Below the pieces are notes generated by a model. That model was not told the origin of the DNA, made no database searches, and saw only the letters and a program-made list of their open reading frames with translations. A DNA stretch of 64,000 nucleotides from NCBI GenBank assembly GCA_963723965.1, contig CAVRSV010000020.1:10286-74285 (forward strand), read 5' to 3'. Made by a program: the position numbers and the translations under genes. Positions 57,096 through 64,000 of this stretch are shown here, one piece after another; within the stretch, counting starts at the first letter, position 1; the number at the start of each line of letters is the position of its first letter. The DNA comes from an uncultured Acidobacteriota bacterium. GTDB taxonomy: Bacteria; Acidobacteriota; UBA6911; RPQK01; JAPXNP01.

Positions 57096-59234
57096 ATGCG
57101 AAATGTGGCAGATCGATTCATCAGGGTGGTCTCTCTCGTTGTTCTGATCGGAGCGGCCGGATGCGGCGCTCCGCCTCCGGCTGCGGGAGACTGGCCAGCC
57201 TATCTGGGAGGCCCGGATCGAAATCACTACTCCCGGCTGGAGCAGATCAACGCGGGGAATGTCGCCGGCCTGAAGCGAGTCTGGGAGTTCCATACGGGTG
57301 ACGCCGAATCGTCGAACCGATCTCAAATCCAGTGCAATCCGGTCGTGATCGACGGCATCCTTTACGGCACCTCTCCCCAGATCAAGGTCTTCGCCCTCGA
57401 CGGCACGAGCGGTCGCGAGCTGTGGCGCTTCGATCCGTTTGCCGGCGAGGGAGGGAAGGACTCGCTCGGAGTGAACCGCGGGTTGAGCTATTGGAGCGAC
57501 GATGAGGACCGGCGCATCCTGTTCACCGCCGGAGCCTATCTCTATTGCCTCAATGCCGCCGACGGCCGGCCGGTCCCGGGTTTCGGCGAAGGCGGACGCG
57601 TGGATCTTCGTCAGGGACTGGACCGGGACATCGACGATCTCTATCTGATCGCCACTTCCCCGGGAGCGGTCTACCGGGATCTCCTGATCCTCGGCTCGCG
57701 GGTGGGGGAGGGACCGGGTACGGCGGCACCCGGGCACATTCGCGCCTTCAACATTCGAACGGGAAAGCAGGTCTGGATCTTTCATACCATTCCCCAGCCG
57801 GGTGAGTTCGGCTACGAGACTTGGCCGAAGGACGCCTGGAGGCGGGTCGGGGGTGCCAACTCGTGGAGCGGCATGAGCGTTGACCGGGAGCGGGGAATCG
57901 TCTTCGTTCCGACTGGTTCTGCCGCTTTCGATTTCTGGGGAGGCAACCGCAAGGGATCGAACCTGTTTGCCAACTGCCTGCTCGCCCTGGATGCGACGAC
58001 GGGCAAGCGGATCTGGCATGAGCAGCTGGTGCACCACGATCTCTGGGATCGTGACCTGCCGGCTCCGCCCAACCTGGTCACACTCGAGCGCAACGGGAGC
58101 AGCGTCGATGCCGTTGCCCAAATCACCAAGGCAGGGCAGGTTTTCGTTTTCAACCGGGAAACGGGGAAGCCGCTGTTCCCGATCGAGGAGGTCCCGGTCC
58201 CGGCATCCGACCTGCGGGGTGAGGAGGCCTGGCCGACCCAACCCAGACCGTTGCTGCCTCCTCCGTTCGCCCGCCAGTCCTTCACCGAGTCGGATGCGAC
58301 CGATCGGTCTCCCGAAGCGAATCGCGCCGTCGTGGAACGGCTGCGGCAGGTCCGGACGGGTCGGCAGTTCATTCCTCCCAGCACCGAGGGGACGGTCATC
58401 TTTCCGGGCTTCGATGGCGGCGGGGAATGGGGCGGCGCCGCCTTCGATCCCAAGGCGGGGACGCTGTTCGTCAACGCCAGCGAGATGCCCTGGATCCTGA
58501 CGATGGTCGATCTCGAGGCTGAGCGCCAGAAGAAGTCCCACGGGGGTGAGCTCTATGCCATCCACTGCGGAGTCTGCCACGGAACCGAGCGGCAGGGGGA
58601 TCCGGAGAAGACCTTTCCTCCCCTGACCGCCCTGCACGGGAAATACACCCAGACCGAACTGAAAGACTTCATCCGTCAGGGGAAGGGGTTCATGCCCGCC
58701 TTCGCACAGTTGCCCGCTCCCGACCTCGATGCCCTGGCGGCCTACCTGCTCGATCCGGACGCAGCGGATTCAGGTGACGGGCAGGGACGGACCGAGAAAC
58801 TCGAAGTTCCATACAGTCACACCGGCTACAACCGGTTCCTCGATCCCGACGGCTACCCTGCGGTGCGTCCCCCGTGGGGGACCCTCACGGCACTCGACCT
58901 GAATCACGGAAGAGTGCTCTGGCAGGTGCCGCTCGGGGAGTACCCGGAACTCGCGGCGCAGGGCCTGCCTCCGACCGGGACCGAGAATTACGGCGGACCC
59001 CTGGTCACCGCCGGCGGGCTGGTCTTCATCGCGGCCTCCCGGGACGAAAAATTCCGCGCCTTCGACGGACGGACCGGCAGGATGCTTTGGGAAACGACGC
59101 TTCCTGCGGGCGGTTATGCCACTCCCTGTACCTATCGTGCGGAGGGTCGTCAGTTCATCGTCATTGCCGCAGGGGGCGGGAAGATGGGGACGCCGTCGGG
59201 CGATGCCTACGTGGCCTTCGCCCTGCCCCGCTGA
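57096..59234 (+). CDS. PQQ-dependent dehydrogenase beta-propeller with internal c-type cytochrome domain (quinohemoprotein), lipoprotein
   Basis: The lipobox is LIGAAGC. PQQ-propeller motifs are WPAYLGGPDRNHYS, NPVVIDGILY and W-docking repeats. The haem-binding CGVCH is at 58566-58580, followed by FMPAF. Propeller sequence resumes after the cytochrome insert. Confidence 0.8.
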   Translation: MRNVADRFIRVVSLVVLIGAAGCGAPPPAAGDWPAYLGGPDRNHYSRLEQINAGNVAGLKRVWEFHTGDAESSNRSQIQCNPVVIDGILYGTSPQIKVFALDGTSGRELWRFDPFAGEGGKDSLGVNRGLSYWSDDEDRRILFTAGAYLYCLNAADGRPVPGFGEGGRVDLRQGLDRDIDDLYLIATSPGAVYRDLLILGSRVGEGPGTAAPGHIRAFNIRTGKQVWIFHTIPQPGEFGYETWPKDAWRRVGGANSWSGMSVDRERGIVFVPTGSAAFDFWGGNRKGSNLFANCLLALDATTGKRIWHEQLVHHDLWDRDLPAPPNLVTLERNGSSVDAVAQITKAGQVFVFNRETGKPLFPIEEVPVPASDLRGEEAWPTQPRPLLPPPFARQSFTESDATDRSPEANRAVVERLRQVRTGRQFIPPSTEGTVIFPGFDGGGEWGGAAFDPKAGTLFVNASEMPWILTMVDLEAERQKKSHGGELYAIHCGVCHGTERQGDPEKTFPPLTALHGKYTQTELKDFIRQGKGFMPAFAQLPAPDLDALAAYLLDPDAADSGDGQGRTEKLEVPYSHTGYNRFLDPDGYPAVRPPWGTLTALDLNHGRVLWQVPLGEYPELAAQGLPPTGTENYGGPLVTAGGLVFIAASRDEKFRAFDGRTGRMLWETTLPAGGYATPCTYRAEGRQFIVIAAGGGKMGTPSGDAYVAFALPR

Positions 59235-59376
59235 GTCGTTCCCGCGGAGCCGGCGCGGTTGAACTGATCCGGGCGACATAGTATATAGTCCGCCATTCAG
59301 GTTCCTCCCTGGGACGTGCACGAAGCGCGGGTCCAGGAGAGAGCCGGACCCTTCAGGGAGTTAAGGAGACGAATTC

Positions 59377-60477
59377 ATGGCCACTATCGATTTTGGAGGA
59401 GTTGCAGAAGACGTGATCACCCGGGAAGAGTTCCCGGTCAACAGGGCGCACGAAGTGCTCAAGGACGAGACGATCGCCGTCATCGGATACGGTGTCCAGG
59501 GGCCGGCGCAGGCTCTGAACATGAAGGACAACGGGTTCAAGGTCATCATCGGGCAATCCAGCCAGTTCCGGAAAGACTGGGACCGCGCTGTCGCCGACGG
59601 CTGGGTCCCCGGGGAGACCCTGTTCGAAATCGACGAGGCCGCCCGGCGTGGGACGATTATCCAGATGCTGGTCTCCGACGCCGCCCAGAAGGCGATCTGG
59701 CCCGTCATCGAAGCGGCCCTGAATCCCGGGGACGCGCTCTACTTCTCCCACGGCTTTTCCATCGTCTACAAAGACCAGACCGGCGTCATCCCGCCCAAGA
59801 ACGTCGATGTCATTCTGGTAGCTCCCAAAGGTTCCGGAACCTCCGTGCGGCGCAACTTCCTCTCGGGGGCCGGGATCAACTCCAGTTTCGCCATTGCCCA
59901 GGACGCCACCGGCCGCGCCGAGGAGCGCGCTCTGGCCGTCGGCATCGCCATCGGATCCGGGTTCCTGTTCCCGACGACCTTCGAGAACGAAGTCTATTCC
60001 GACCTGACAGGTGAGCGCGGCGTCCTGATGGGGGCTCTGGCCGGCATCATGGAGGCCCAGTATCAGGTCCTGCGGGAGCACGGGCACAGTCCCAGCGAAG
60101 CCTTCAACGAAACCGTGGAGGAGCTCACGGAGAGTCTGATCCGCCTGGTGGGTGAAAACGGCATGGACTGGATGTACGCGAACTGCTCGGCCACCGCCCA
60201 GCGGGGGGCGCTGGATTGGAAGCCGCGCTTCAAGGCCGCGACGCTGCCCGTCTTCGAAGAGTTGTACCAGCGGGTCAAGGACGGATCGGAAACCCGGCGT
60301 GTCATCGAGGCCTGCGGCACCTCGGACTATCAGCAGCGACTGTCGGCGGAGCTGAAGGAACTGGGCAATTCGGAGATGTGGCGAGCAGGCCGTGCCACCC
60401 GCTCCCTGCGCCCGAAGGAAGCGGCCCGCCAGATCACGACCGACACCAAAGGCGTCCGGGGTCGGGAAGTCGGGTAG
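59377..60477 (+). CDS. ilvC: ketol-acid reductoisomerase
   Basis: The NADP site is IAVIGYGVQGPAQALNMKDNG. Other motifs are VAPKGSGTSVRR, FENEVYSDLTGERGVL and the C-terminal knotted domain. Confidence 0.9.
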   Translation: MATIDFGGVAEDVITREEFPVNRAHEVLKDETIAVIGYGVQGPAQALNMKDNGFKVIIGQSSQFRKDWDRAVADGWVPGETLFEIDEAARRGTIIQMLVSDAAQKAIWPVIEAALNPGDALYFSHGFSIVYKDQTGVIPPKNVDVILVAPKGSGTSVRRNFLSGAGINSSFAIAQDATGRAEERALAVGIAIGSGFLFPTTFENEVYSDLTGERGVLMGALAGIMEAQYQVLREHGHSPSEAFNETVEELTESLIRLVGENGMDWMYANCSATAQRGALDWKPRFKAATLPVFEELYQRVKDGSETRRVIEACGTSDYQQRLSAELKELGNSEMWRAGRATRSLRPKEAARQITTDTKGVRGREVG

Positions 60478-60562
60478 AACAGCGGGAGGGCGCGCCCCTC
60501 GCCCGGGCGATGTCGCGGCGGGTCGTGGTCCCTCGAATTCGAGGGACCATGGCCCGCAGATC

Positions 60563-63742
<3,180 letters not shown>

Positions 63743-63875
63743 TCAATCCGAGGGCACCCACTGTAATCTTAACCGCCGGACATTTCAAACGGAACGGAAC
63801 CGGCCGGAGGAAGGAGTGGTGCTGTCTTTCAGAACCGGATTTCGTTAGAGTAGGCAGCCTCGGCCGGAGGACGAC

Positions 63876-64000
63876 ATGAATCGGAACGACTTGATCGAAC
63901 TGTTCGTCGCACGCTATGGGGAGCAGCCCACGCTCTGGGCCCAGGCACCGGGGAGGGTGAACCTGCTCGGAGAACATACCGACTACAACGACGGGTTCGT
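63876..64000 (+). CDS. galK: galactokinase, 5-prime partial (runs off the window)
   Basis: [42 protein letters not shown] contains the galactokinase signature GRVNL(I/L)GEHTDYN. Confidence 0.8.
   Translation, partial: MNRNDLIELFVARYGEQPTLWAQAPGRVNLLGEHTDYNDGF

Noticed and set aside
56676-58637. 653-aa minus-strand ORF
   Set aside because: It runs antisense to the PQQ dehydrogenase gene, whose translation has clear family motifs. It is a shadow ORF.

Overview
GC-rich bacterial chromosomal segment. Sampled 60-nt lines are about 65% GC over most of the window. Gene content and repeat types resemble Acidobacteriota-like soil bacteria, but that is inference only. The window has two parts.

(1) About 1.3-40.8 kb is a mosaic, partly decayed accessory region. 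It is delimited by two paralogous modules, each made of a degenerate tyrosine-integrase remnant, a spacer and a tRNA-Arg (anticodons CCG and UCG). It contains:
- a VapBC toxin-antitoxin pair and a membrane-anchored HIRAN protein;
- a glycoside-hydrolase cluster: GH54-like, ThuA, and frameshifted GH31 and GH29;
- conjugative-element debris: ArdC, RadC, a small conserved protein and an IS21 stub;
- two decayed REP/RAYT loci;
- a compact defence-like cluster: HNH, HIT, a TIR/NDT-like protein and DUF2188, divergent from DUF3427;
- a PAS histidine kinase with three REC regulators (HD-GYP, degenerate HD, HDOD).

A 1.6-kb direct repeat carrying two near-identical DUF819 membrane-protein genes brackets 14.2 kb of this region.

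(2) 40.9-64 kb looks like ordinary core chromosome:
- ppsR-like and kbl;
- an MFP plus two FtsX-type permeases plus a Wzz-like protein;
- tRNA-His, an aldo/keto reductase, GH5, PhzF, a rhodanese and a PQQ quinohemoprotein;
- ilvC, a GH2 beta-galactosidase and the start of galK.

No rRNA genes or CRISPR arrays were seen. Every disrupted reading frame I found lies in part (1). Most of the large ORFs in the supplied track that run antisense to these genes are GC-driven shadow ORFs.
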